Below are positions 1 through 8,849 of a stretch of DNA of 20,000 nt, one piece after another (the first letter of the stretch is position 1; the number at the start of each line of letters is the position of its first letter). The translations under genes and the position numbers were made by a program. The notes under the pieces were generated by a model. The model was not told where the DNA came from and did not search any database. It saw nothing but the letters and a program-made list of their open reading frames with translations. The stretch is from Sphingomonadaceae bacterium (GTDB lineage: Bacteria; Chloroflexota; UBA6077), in contig JBLNDL010000058.1 of the NCBI GenBank assembly GCA_050261575.1, positions 47,784 to 67,783 of the forward strand. The letters are read 5' to 3'.

Positions 1-1137
1 GAGCTTCGCCGGGAACGGCTGGTGGGTAACTGGGGAGGCGCGAGCGAGCAGATAGGCCGCAGGTGGGAGGAGCTGGGAGTGGAGGCGCTACGCGCCCGAA
101 TCTCCTCGACCGCCCCCTGGCCAGGGAACGGATACCGCCCGACGGACATCGTGGAGCTGGCTGGCGACAACTCGCTCCAGCTTGCCCTATCTCGCTCGGG
201 CCTTCCCAGCCCGGACGTGATCGTGATCCTGCAGGACGAGAAGAGGGGGAGGGCCCTCCAGGCCCTGGACTTCAAGTGGAACCTGGAGTTCGCCTCCTAC
301 GTCCAGATCAGGGCCGAGGCGGTCCGCGCGCTGCTCGAGCGAGAGGTCGCGCCCCTGCGGGCCCTGCTGGACCGGCATCTGGCGGACGAGGATCCCCGCG
401 ACCTCCCCATCGAGGACGGCCTGCTCTACGCGCCCAGGCTGCCCGTCAACTCCTGGTTCCTCCAGTCGGACCAGAACTACCACCAGGAGTACCCCATCGA
501 AGCGGACCAGGTGCTGTTCGAGAACGTGGATCCACTCCTGTTCTTTGGCCAGCTTTCGGGATGGGAACTGGCAGTCCTACTGGCCCGGGCGGACCGATCC
601 CCGCAGAGGCTTCGCAACCTGGAAGGTGCGGAGCACTACTACCGCATCGGCGCCGGACTCCAGAGCGCCGTGGCACAGTTCCAGGTGTCCATCTTCTGCC
701 GCCGTCCCCCGACGGTCACGGCCGACGCCGCCTTCGACTGGCTCAAGACCCACGTGAGGCCGGCCTCCTCCGCGGGATTCCTTCAGTTCGCCGAGAGGCT
801 CATGGCCGCCAGGAGCCAGCTCACGACCCGACTGCGCGGCCTCCTGAGGTCCCCCTATCGGTTCTCCGATCTGGTGGAGTCGTTGAAGGTCCGGAATCTG
901 CATCTGCCGGAAAAGGAGGATGGCCTTCCTGCGGCGGAGCGGCAGAGATGGGGAGACATCCTGCGGAAGGTTGCCGCGGAGCACAAGGAGCTGGTCTATC
1001 GCACCGGCCTCAGGCTGGTCGAAGTCGGGCTCTCAGATGCCGAGGCGCTGGCGAGACTCGAAGGTGACTCCCGCCGGTTCGCGTCTCAGGCTCGAGCGCG
1101 CGCGGAGAAGCTGATTGCGGCAGCGCTCCAGCCCTAG
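1..1137 (+). CDS. Hypothetical protein, probably 5'-truncated by the window edge, with a PD-(D/E)xK nuclease-like motif
   Basis: Frame is open from base 1 (ELRRERLVGNWGG...) to TAG at 1135-1137, with host-like codon usage. Motif order G-x-x-W-E ... PDVIVI ... ALDFKW ... YVQ resembles the PD-(D/E)xK core. Confidence 0.7.
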   Translation, partial: ELRRERLVGNWGGASEQIGRRWEELGVEALRARISSTAPWPGNGYRPTDIVELAGDNSLQLALSRSGLPSPDVIVILQDEKRGRALQALDFKWNLEFASYVQIRAEAVRALLEREVAPLRALLDRHLADEDPRDLPIEDGLLYAPRLPVNSWFLQSDQNYHQEYPIEADQVLFENVDPLLFFGQLSGWELAVLLARADRSPQRLRNLEGAEHYYRIGAGLQSAVAQFQVSIFCRRPPTVTADAAFDWLKTHVRPASSAGFLQFAERLMAARSQLTTRLRGLLRSPYRFSDLVESLKVRNLHLPEKEDGLPAAERQRWGDILRKVAAEHKELVYRTGLRLVEVGLSDAEALARLEGDSRRFASQARARAEKLIAAALQP

Positions 1138-1249
1138 TGGTCCGCCAACCCGGTTCGATAAGTATGGACGAGGCTCGCGGCGCGCAGGCGGGCGCAGCGT
1201 CACGCGGTTCCGACTCGGCGGCGAGTCTCTCTTGCTTGAGGGCTGGACA

Positions 1250-2494
1250 ATGGCGATAGCACGTAGACGACGAGGTTCTGCGATAGCCGACGATGGCCCG
1301 GCGCCGAAGATCGCTCTGCTGCGAGGAGGAGGTCTCGGCGACTTCCTGTCGACGACGGCGGCCCTGAAGGCCCTCCGCGCCTCGCTTCCCCTCGCCTCGA
1401 TCACCCTCCTGACGAATCCGTCCCTCGCGGCCTTTGCCCAACGCTACGGCGAGATCGATCGCATCGTGGTCTCCCCGCCCTTCCCCGGGGTCATCGATGG
1501 CACTCCGGACGAGGCAGCGCTGGCCGACTTCTTCCGCGCCATGAGATTGGAGCGCTTCGACCTAGCCATGCAGTGGCACGGTGGAGGCACGCAGTCCAAC
1601 GACTTCTTGAGGCGACTGGGGGCACGCCTCACGATCGGATTCAAGGGCGAAGACGCTCAGCCCCTGGATCGATGGATCCCCTACGACCTCCGCCAGCACG
1701 AGAGCCTCAGGTACCTCGACCTGCTCCGGTTGGTGGGCATCCATGCCAGTGACTTCTCCACCTACCTGCCCTTGCTGCCCTCCGACTTCGAGGAGCTCGC
1801 CGCCGTGGGTGACCGGCTCGACCTCCAGGCGTTGCAGCGCGGCAGATGCATGGGCATCCACGCCAGCGCCGGAGGCATGAGCCGCAGGTGGAAGCCGCAA
1901 CACTTCGCCCATGTGGCCGACAGACTCCTGGCAGAGTTCGACCTGGAGTACGTCGTCGTTACGGCCGGCGCTGGCCAGGAACCGGACTCGGCCGCCGTGA
2001 TACAGTCCATGCAGGCCAGGGACAGGGCGGTCGACCTGGGTGGACGAATCTCGTTGGGGGCGCTCGTGGCCCTGATCAGCCAGTTGAGGTTCTTCCTGAG
2101 CAACGACAGTGGCCCCGCCCACATGGCCGTAGCCCTGGATACCCCCAGCGTAGTGGTGTTCGGCTCCGCCCATCCCTCGAACTGGGCGCCCCTGGATCGC
2201 ACCTGGCATCGGGTCGTGGCCAATTGGTCGACCCCCTGCCGCTGGATGGAAAACGACGGGTGCCCGGACACCCCTGAGGTGCCCTGCCTGATGGGCCTTG
2301 ATCCAGAAGAGGTCCTCCGGGAATCGCGCCAGTTGCTGAGCCTGCTGGAGCAGCTTCGGTGGCCTGCGCATCGCGGGATTGGCCTGGAAGCTGCAGTGAA
2401 GGCCGGAGGCGAAGAGACGGCCCCAGCCGCGGCACCTTCACTACCGCCCCCTGGCCTCCATCACGGCAGGGGCCGACACAACCGGGAGCTATGA
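1250..2494 (+). CDS. Glycosyltransferase family 9 (ADP-heptose:LPS heptosyltransferase-like)
   Basis: KIALLRGGGLGDFL N-terminal motif, FDLAMQWHG, GIHASA...RRW, SNDSGPAHMAVALDTPSVVVFG and a C-terminal Cys cluster. Start placed at ATG 1250 (uncertain). Confidence 0.88.
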   Translation: MAIARRRRGSAIADDGPAPKIALLRGGGLGDFLSTTAALKALRASLPLASITLLTNPSLAAFAQRYGEIDRIVVSPPFPGVIDGTPDEAALADFFRAMRLERFDLAMQWHGGGTQSNDFLRRLGARLTIGFKGEDAQPLDRWIPYDLRQHESLRYLDLLRLVGIHASDFSTYLPLLPSDFEELAAVGDRLDLQALQRGRCMGIHASAGGMSRRWKPQHFAHVADRLLAEFDLEYVVVTAGAGQEPDSAAVIQSMQARDRAVDLGGRISLGALVALISQLRFFLSNDSGPAHMAVALDTPSVVVFGSAHPSNWAPLDRTWHRVVANWSTPCRWMENDGCPDTPEVPCLMGLDPEEVLRESRQLLSLLEQLRWPAHRGIGLEAAVKAGGEETAPAAAPSLPPPGLHHGRGRHNREL

Positions 2495-5217
2495 AAGTGA
2501 GCGAGACGGCCAGGCGCACTATCCTCGGCAACGGGCTGACGGTCATCACCAAGGAGATCCGGCAGATCCCCATAACCAGCTTCTGGGTATGGTATCGCGT
2601 GGGCAGCCGCAACGAGGTTGCGGGCACCACGGGCATCTCCCACTGGGTGGAGCACATGATGTTCCAAGGCACGCCCACCATCGGCAAGGGCGACATCTTC
2701 CGAATGGTCTCGGCCAACGGCGGCGTGCTCAACGGCTTCACCTGGCTGGACTACACGGCATACTTCGAGACCCTGCCCAGCCACCGCGTGGAGTTGGCCA
2801 TCAGCATCGAGTCCGACCGCATGATCAACTCGCTGTTCCTCCCTGAGGAGGTGGAGCGCGAGCGAACGGTGATCATCTCCGAGCGAGAGGGGTCTGAGAA
2901 CTCACCGACCTACCTTCTTGGGGAGGAGATGAGCGCCACCGCCTTCATGGCCCACCCCTACGGCCACAGCGTCATAGGCTGGAAGTCCGACCTGCAATCC
3001 ATGACCCGCGACGACCTGTACCGCCACTACCGCACCTATTACGTGCCCAACAACGCCATCGTCGTCGCTGTGGGGGACTTCGACACCGACCGGCTGCTGG
3101 ATCAGATCAGAGAGGGGTTCGAGCCCATCCCTCAGGGCGATCCCGTCCCAGCCGTGCGCACCACGGAGCCGCCCCAGCGGAGCGAGCGCCGGGTCACCAT
3201 GCGCTACCCGGCCGGAGCCCCCCAGTTCGAGGTCGCCTTTCACTCCCCGCCCGTGTCCAGCCCCGATGCCTTCCCCATGCTGGTGCTGGACGCCGTCCTC
3301 TCGGGCGGCAAGCCGATGGGGCTGTTCGGCGCCAGGGGGGCCCGCATGGGCCGCAGCTCCCGGCTCTACCGGGCGCTGGTCGACGCGGGGCTCGCCAGCG
3401 GCGCTGGCTCCTCCTTTGCCCTGACCAGAGACCCCTACCTCTTCGGCATCGACGCCACCCCGCGGCCCGGCATCTCCCTGGAGGAGATCGAGAGGGCAGT
3501 GTTCCAGGAGGTGGAGAAGCTCCAGCGCCTCGGCGTCGGCCAGGATGAGTTCGACCGCGCGCTCAAGCAGGTGAAGGCCCAGCTCGTCTATGGCTCCGAG
3601 TCGGTAACCGACCAGGGCTACTGGTTGGGCGCCATGGAGGCCATCGACAGCTACGAGACCTACGGCCAGTTGCTGGAGAGAGTCACCAGGGTGACACCCG
3701 ACGACGTGAAGCGAGTGGCGGAGCAGTACCTCACGGAGACCAACCGCACCGTGGGATGGCTGATCCCGACCGCCCCGGGCGGAGCGGCACCCTCCGAGCA
3801 GCAGGCACAGACCGCGGGAAGGGCTTTCTTCTACGACCAGTCATGGCTCGTGAGCCCTGATGAATCCCGGGTTCTGGGCGACGACTGCTCAGGGCCCAGG
3901 AGCGATGGCTCAGGACCCATCTCTCAGCACCGCGCAGGTGCCGCTCCCGGTGGGGTGGCACTGCAAATCGCCCGCGAGCAACTGGACAACGGCATCGTGG
4001 TGTTGGCCAGCCACAACCCCAGCATTCCCCAGGTGATCGTGCGGGCGAGCCTGCTGGCCGGCAGCGTCTTCGACACCCCGGACAAGGCCGGCATCGCCCG
4101 ATTCACCGCTCCCATGCTGGTGCGAGGCACCGAGACCCGCTCCTTCCAGCAGCTCAGCGAGGAGACCGACGGCCTAGGCATGGCGCTCAACGTGGAGGCC
4201 GGTAGGATAACCGCCCAACTGAGCCTCCGCTGCCTGAAGGAGGACTTCCAGCGCGGACTGGAGCTGCTGGCCGATGCGCTGCGTCGGCCTACCTTCTCCG
4301 AGGACGAGGTGGAGAAGCTGCGCTCGCAAATCATCACCGCCCTCCGCGAGCAGGAGGTCAGCGCCAGGGTGGCGGCCGAGCGCCACTTCCTGGAGGAGCT
4401 GTACCCCGAGGGCCATCCCTACCGCCTCTGGCCTTCGGGCAGCCAGGACACGGTGGGCTCCATTCGCCGCGAGGATCTGCTGAACCACTATCGCCGCTAC
4501 TACCGGCCGGACACCCTCACCATCGCGGTGGTCGGCGACGTCGCCCCATCGGAGGCCACGGAGCAGATCCGGCGCGTGCTGGGCGACTGGCGAGCCCAGG
4601 GGGAGCGCCCACGGGTGGAGGTGCCTCCGGTGGAGCCCCCATCCCGAAGAATCAGAGAGGAAGTGGTCCCAGGCAAGTTCCAGTCGGAGCTGGTGATGGG
4701 ATTGCCGTCCATCTCCCGCCAGGATCCGGACTACTACGCCCTCCGCCTGGGCAACCTGATACTGGGCGAGTTGGGCCTCTCGGGGCGGCTGGGGGCGGTC
4801 ATCCGCGACAAGTACGGGCTGGCCTACCACGTCTCCAGCGACCTCCAGGCCGGCGTCGGCCCATCCCCTTGGGCCGTTCGAGCGGGGGTCAACCCTGCCA
4901 ACGTTGGCAGGGCGATCGACGCGGCGATCCAGCAGATCGAGCGCTGGCGAACCGAACTGGTGACGGAGGCGGAGATCACCGACGGGAAGAGCTTCCTGAT
5001 CGGCAGCCTCCCGATCGCCCTGGAGACCGGCGACGGCGTCGCCCGGACGCTACTGGACATCGAGTTCTACCAGTTGGGGCTGGACTACCTGCAACGCTAT
5101 CCTCGACTGATCGACGGGGTGACGCGAGAGGCCATCCGCGACGCCGTCCGCCGCTGGATACACCCGGAGCATCTCGTCACGGTCGTGGCGGGGCCGGCGC
5201 GAGATCGCACCCCGTAG
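2491..5217 (+). CDS. M16 family (pitrilysin/insulinase-like) zinc peptidase, two fused M16 modules
   Basis: ATG 2491 overlaps the GT9 stop (ATGA). Contains LGNGLTVI, VGSRNE..G.TGISHWVEHMMFQGT (HxxEH) and NGFTWLDYTAY. The second module (LDNGIVVL...GIARFTAPMLVRGT) lacks HxxEH. Confidence 0.93.
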   Translation: MKVSETARRTILGNGLTVITKEIRQIPITSFWVWYRVGSRNEVAGTTGISHWVEHMMFQGTPTIGKGDIFRMVSANGGVLNGFTWLDYTAYFETLPSHRVELAISIESDRMINSLFLPEEVERERTVIISEREGSENSPTYLLGEEMSATAFMAHPYGHSVIGWKSDLQSMTRDDLYRHYRTYYVPNNAIVVAVGDFDTDRLLDQIREGFEPIPQGDPVPAVRTTEPPQRSERRVTMRYPAGAPQFEVAFHSPPVSSPDAFPMLVLDAVLSGGKPMGLFGARGARMGRSSRLYRALVDAGLASGAGSSFALTRDPYLFGIDATPRPGISLEEIERAVFQEVEKLQRLGVGQDEFDRALKQVKAQLVYGSESVTDQGYWLGAMEAIDSYETYGQLLERVTRVTPDDVKRVAEQYLTETNRTVGWLIPTAPGGAAPSEQQAQTAGRAFFYDQSWLVSPDESRVLGDDCSGPRSDGSGPISQHRAGAAPGGVALQIAREQLDNGIVVLASHNPSIPQVIVRASLLAGSVFDTPDKAGIARFTAPMLVRGTETRSFQQLSEETDGLGMALNVEAGRITAQLSLRCLKEDFQRGLELLADALRRPTFSEDEVEKLRSQIITALREQEVSARVAAERHFLEELYPEGHPYRLWPSGSQDTVGSIRREDLLNHYRRYYRPDTLTIAVVGDVAPSEATEQIRRVLGDWRAQGERPRVEVPPVEPPSRRIREEVVPGKFQSELVMGLPSISRQDPDYYALRLGNLILGELGLSGRLGAVIRDKYGLAYHVSSDLQAGVGPSPWAVRAGVNPANVGRAIDAAIQQIERWRTELVTEAEITDGKSFLIGSLPIALETGDGVARTLLDIEFYQLGLDYLQRYPRLIDGVTREAIRDAVRRWIHPEHLVTVVAGPARDRTP

Positions 5218-5229
5218 CACTGAGACGGC

Positions 5230-5285
5230 GTAGGGCGGGGGCGAGCCCCCCCGCCCGGGCAGGCCGGCAGACCACTTGCCCATAC
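5230..5285. repeat. REP-like palindromic doublet / possible terminator after the peptidase
   Basis: GTAG overlapping the hairpin GGGCGGGGGC-GA-GCCCCCCCGCCC, then a second hairpin GGGCAGG...CTTGCCC ending in ATAC (degenerate inverted GTAG). Confidence 0.5.
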
Positions 5286-5408
5286 GTCGGGACCCAGGGC
5301 GGGCCTCCGGAGCCCCGCGCCGCCCCCACTCCCCGATTGCAGCAGAGCACCCCCCCTATCGGTTATAATTGTGCCCGCAGCGCCCCCCCAGCGGGGCACC
5401 ATGCGGAA

Positions 5409-5578
5409 TTAACCTTTCATTAACACAATTCCTATACCCATGTGATATAGTTCCAACGCGATTCTGATGGGATTCCGATAGAAACTACTGCAGCCAAGTA
5501 CTAGTCTGCGGCTTCAGCCTTTCTTACACAGCTTTTCTTAGCAGCTCTAGGCGCCTTCGTCGCGGCGCCAGGCATAAT
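5409..5578 (+). promoter_or_regulatory. AT-rich promoter region of the ABC operon with several direct-repeat boxes
   Basis: TTAAC at 5409 and 5420 (11-bp period); extended -10-like TGaTATAGT 5443-5451; GATTCTGATGG/GATTCCGATAG 5460-5481; CAGCCTTTCTTA 5515-5526 and CAGCTTTTCTTA 5529-5540; CATAAT 5573-5578. Confidence 0.5.
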
Positions 5579-5621
5579 AGGGGTCCGATTCTCCCGGATG
5601 CACAACATGGAGGTGATTGTA

Positions 5622-6803
5622 GTGAAGAGGATCGTGTCCAAGCTGTTGCTTGCGCCGTTGGCCGCCATGGTGGCGCTCTCCGTGAGCGCGGCGGGTCCAG
5701 CGGCGGTTGCGACGGCGCAGGTGCCCGAGGTCTACCTGTCGACCCCCGTTCCCGGTGTCGTCGTGGACCGGGGCAAGCAGGTGACCTTCAGCATCGACGT
5801 CAACAACAAGAGCAGCGTGGGCAGGACCGTCGACCTCGCGCTGACCAAGGCCCCCGATGGCTGGGACCCCATCCTCAAGGGTAGGGGCTTCGTGGCGCGC
5901 TCCGTCTGGGTAGACGCGGGCAAGACCGAGACGGTGGACCTGCAGGTCAAAGCCCCCGCTGATGCCAAGGCACAGGACTACGAGTTCGTGCTCAGGGCCA
6001 CCGGTGGCGGAGTCGACAGCACCCTCAGGCTGCTCGTAGGCGTCAAGGACAAGCCCACCCAGGGAACCTCCCTGGTCGTCCAATACCCCACCCTCAAGGG
6101 CAAGTCCGGAGCCAAGTTCGGGTTCAAGGCCGACCTCCGCAACGACTCCGAGGAGGAGCGCAGCTACGGCCTCAGCTTCAACGCCCCAGAGGGCTGGGAC
6201 GTCAGCTTCAAGCCCTCCTACGAGGATAAGCAGATCTCCAGCGTGCGACTGAAGTCCGGTAGCAGCCAAGGCCTCGACATCGAGGTCACGCCCCCCGCGC
6301 TGGTCCAGGCGGGCGAGTACCCCATCACCATCACCGCTTCCTCCTCGGCCGATCGCGCAAGCGCGGAGTTGAAGGTCGGGGTCACCGGCAGCTACGAGAT
6401 GGCGATGACTACCCGCGGCGACCTCTTCAACACCCAGGCCACGGCGGGCCAGGAGAGCCCCTTCTACGTGACCATCACCAACGTGGGCTCCGCCCCGCTG
6501 CAGAACGTGAGCCTCTCCTCCAGCAAGCCGGAGGGGTGGACCGTCACCTTCAAGCCCGACAAGATCGATCAGCTCGATCCCGGCGCGCAGCGCGAGGTCA
6601 CCATGCTGATCAAACCCTCCGCCAAGGCGATCGCCGGTGACTACATGCTGAACGTCTCGGCCACCCATCCGCAGGTCAACCAGAAAAAGGACGTGCGAGT
6701 CACGGTCGAGACCCCCACCCTTTGGGGATGGATGGGTATCGGCATCCTGCTGGTGGTGGTCGGCGGGTTGATGGGCCTGTTCATGAAGCTGGGCCGGAGA
6801 TAG
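5622..6803 (+). CDS. Secreted/membrane-anchored NEW3-domain (COG1470-like) protein associated with an ABC transporter
   Basis: GGAGGT RBS at 5609-5614 before GTG 5622. Signal peptide (KRIVSKLLLAPLAAMVALSVSAAG), three Ig-like repeats (APDGWD, APEGWD, KPEGWT; AGEY/AGDY) and a C-terminal TM helix followed by GRR. Confidence 0.82.
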   Translation: MKRIVSKLLLAPLAAMVALSVSAAGPAAVATAQVPEVYLSTPVPGVVVDRGKQVTFSIDVNNKSSVGRTVDLALTKAPDGWDPILKGRGFVARSVWVDAGKTETVDLQVKAPADAKAQDYEFVLRATGGGVDSTLRLLVGVKDKPTQGTSLVVQYPTLKGKSGAKFGFKADLRNDSEEERSYGLSFNAPEGWDVSFKPSYEDKQISSVRLKSGSSQGLDIEVTPPALVQAGEYPITITASSSADRASAELKVGVTGSYEMAMTTRGDLFNTQATAGQESPFYVTITNVGSAPLQNVSLSSSKPEGWTVTFKPDKIDQLDPGAQREVTMLIKPSAKAIAGDYMLNVSATHPQVNQKKDVRVTVETPTLWGWMGIGILLVVVGGLMGLFMKLGRR

Positions 6804-6807
6804 CCCC

Positions 6808-7755
6808 ATGGACGAGCGGGCACAGACTGCTATAGAGACAGTCGACCTGACCAAACGGTATGGAGATCTGACTGCCGTCAACAAGCTCAACCTCTCCATC
6901 CAGGAGGGGGAGATCTTCGGCCTGCTCGGCCCCAACGGCGCTGGGAAGACCACCACCATCCTGATGTTGCTGGGGCTGACGGAGCCCACCTCGGGCAAGG
7001 CTCGCGTCTACGGCCACGACTCCACCAGGGAACCGCTGGCGGTCAAACGGCTGGTGGGGTACCTGCCGGACAACGTGGGCTTCTACGAGGATCTCACGGC
7101 CACGGAGAACCTCCTCTACACCGCCGACCTGAACGGCATCCCGAAGAAGGAGGCCCTCCACCGCATCGACGAGTTGCTCAGGCGCGTTGGGCTGCACGAC
7201 GTCGCGGACAAGGAGGTCGGCAAGTTCTCCCGAGGCATGCGCCAGCGGCTCGGTATCGCCGACGTCCTGGTCAAGCGCCCCAAGGTGGTGATCCTGGACG
7301 AGCCTACCCTCGGCATCGACCCCGACGGGGTCAAGCAGATGCTCGACCTGATCGTCCAGATGAGCCGCCACGACAAGATCACCGTGCTGCTTTCGTCCCA
7401 CCTGCTGCATCAGGTGCAGCAGATCTGCAACCGCGTCGGGATCTTCGTCAAGGGACGCATGGTGGCCGAGGGCTCCATCGAGATGCTGGGGCTCCAGATC
7501 ATGGGGGGCGAGCCGATCATCGTGGAGGTCGAGGCCTCACCTGTGGACGACAGACTGATGGGCGGGCTTCAGAAGGTGCCCGGGGTGGCCTCGGTGGAGA
7601 GGGTAAACGGGACTCTGCTCCTGCACTGCTTCAAGGACGTGCGAGGCGACATTGCCCGCGGCGTCGTGAGCGCCGGAGCCTCGCTCACCCAGATGCGCCT
7701 GAGAGGGCACGTCCTGGAGGAGATCTACCTCAGGTACTTCCGGGAGGGTCAATAA
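6808..7755 (+). CDS. ABC transporter ATP-binding protein (ABC-2/DRI type)
   Basis: Walker A GPNGAGKTT, signature FSRGMRQR, Walker B VVILDEPT, H-loop LSSHLL. Confidence 0.96.
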   Translation: MDERAQTAIETVDLTKRYGDLTAVNKLNLSIQEGEIFGLLGPNGAGKTTTILMLLGLTEPTSGKARVYGHDSTREPLAVKRLVGYLPDNVGFYEDLTATENLLYTADLNGIPKKEALHRIDELLRRVGLHDVADKEVGKFSRGMRQRLGIADVLVKRPKVVILDEPTLGIDPDGVKQMLDLIVQMSRHDKITVLLSSHLLHQVQQICNRVGIFVKGRMVAEGSIEMLGLQIMGGEPIIVEVEASPVDDRLMGGLQKVPGVASVERVNGTLLLHCFKDVRGDIARGVVSAGASLTQMRLRGHVLEEIYLRYFREGQ

Positions 7756-7756
7756 C

Positions 7757-8698
7757 ATGCCGGGACTTCTAGCGGTTTTCCGCAAGGAGATGGCCGACAA
7801 CTTCGCCAGCAGGCGCTTCCTCATCATGTTCGCGCTCATCCTGCTGGCTGGCATGTCCGCCACCTACACAGCGGCTCAGGCCATCCGCTCCGACGTGGCC
7901 AGCGGGGAGGGCTCCTCGGCCTTCGTCTTTCTGCGGCTCTTCACCGTCTCGTCGGGCACCCTCCCGTCCTTCGTCGCCTTCGTCGGATTCCTCGGCCCCC
8001 TCGTGGGGCTCGCGATGGGCTTCGACGCAATCAACGGAGAGTACGCCAGGGGAACACTTAGCCGCGTGCTCTCAAACCCCATCTTCCGGGACTCCGTCAT
8101 CAACGGGAAGTTCCTGGCGGGCGTAAGCACCATCGCCGTCATGCTGGTCAGCATCGCCCTGGTGCTGGCCGGGCTGGGGCTGCGCATGATCGGCATCCCG
8201 CCCACCCTGGACGAGGTGCTCAGGCTGTTCTTCTACCTCGTCGTCGCCATCTTCTACGTCGCCTTCTGGATGAGCCTAGCGATACTCTTCTCCATCCTCT
8301 TCCGGCAGACGGCCACCTCGGCGCTGGCGGGGATCGCCCTCTGGATCCTCTTCACCTTCTTCATATCCATGATCGCCGCCACCGCAGCCCAGGCGATGTT
8401 CCCCATCAACGAGCAGGAGCCCCAAACCCTGCTGAACCACGAATACTTCAGGATGGGCCTGTCGCGGATCTCCCCGACGACCCTCTACCAGGAGACGACC
8501 ATGACCATCCTGACCCCGAGCATTCGCTCCCTTGGGCCAGTCATGCTGGCGGACGTCATCGGGATGGTGCCGGGGCCGCTGCCGCTGGTGCAGAGCCTGC
8601 TGGTGGTGTGGCCGCAGTTGATCGGCCTTATATCCATGACCCTGGCCTGCTTCGGCTTCTCCTACTACCGCTTCATGCGCCAGGAGATCAGGGCATAG
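7757..8698 (+). CDS. ABC-2 type transporter permease
   Basis: VFRKEMAD N-terminus, GFDAINGEYARGTLSRVLSNP...VINGKF motif, about six TM segments, ends RFMRQEIRA. Confidence 0.92.
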   Translation: MPGLLAVFRKEMADNFASRRFLIMFALILLAGMSATYTAAQAIRSDVASGEGSSAFVFLRLFTVSSGTLPSFVAFVGFLGPLVGLAMGFDAINGEYARGTLSRVLSNPIFRDSVINGKFLAGVSTIAVMLVSIALVLAGLGLRMIGIPPTLDEVLRLFFYLVVAIFYVAFWMSLAILFSILFRQTATSALAGIALWILFTFFISMIAATAAQAMFPINEQEPQTLLNHEYFRMGLSRISPTTLYQETTMTILTPSIRSLGPVMLADVIGMVPGPLPLVQSLLVVWPQLIGLISMTLACFGFSYYRFMRQEIRA

Positions 8699-8724
8699 CC
8701 AGGACCGAGGACTGACGACTCGGT

Positions 8725-8807
8725 GTAGGGCGGCGGCTCGTAACGCTGCGCTCGCTCGCGTTGCGAGCCGCCGCCCGGCCCCAACAGGGGGCTGGCCCCT
8801 GCTCTAC
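8725..8807. repeat. REP-like inverted doublet / bidirectional terminator between convergent genes
   Basis: GTAG at 8725, a 19-bp stem (8728-8746 / 8758-8776, one G-U pair), then the hairpin AGGGGGC-TG-GCCCCT followed by GCT and CTAC at 8804-8807. Confidence 0.6.
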
Positions 8808-8849
8808 ATCGTGGCCACCCTCGCTTCTCGGTCCTTCAACCCCAGGCCC

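Noticed and set aside
5547..6998. 483-aa minus-strand ORF
   Set aside because: Antisense shadow of the NEW3 and ABC ATPase genes.
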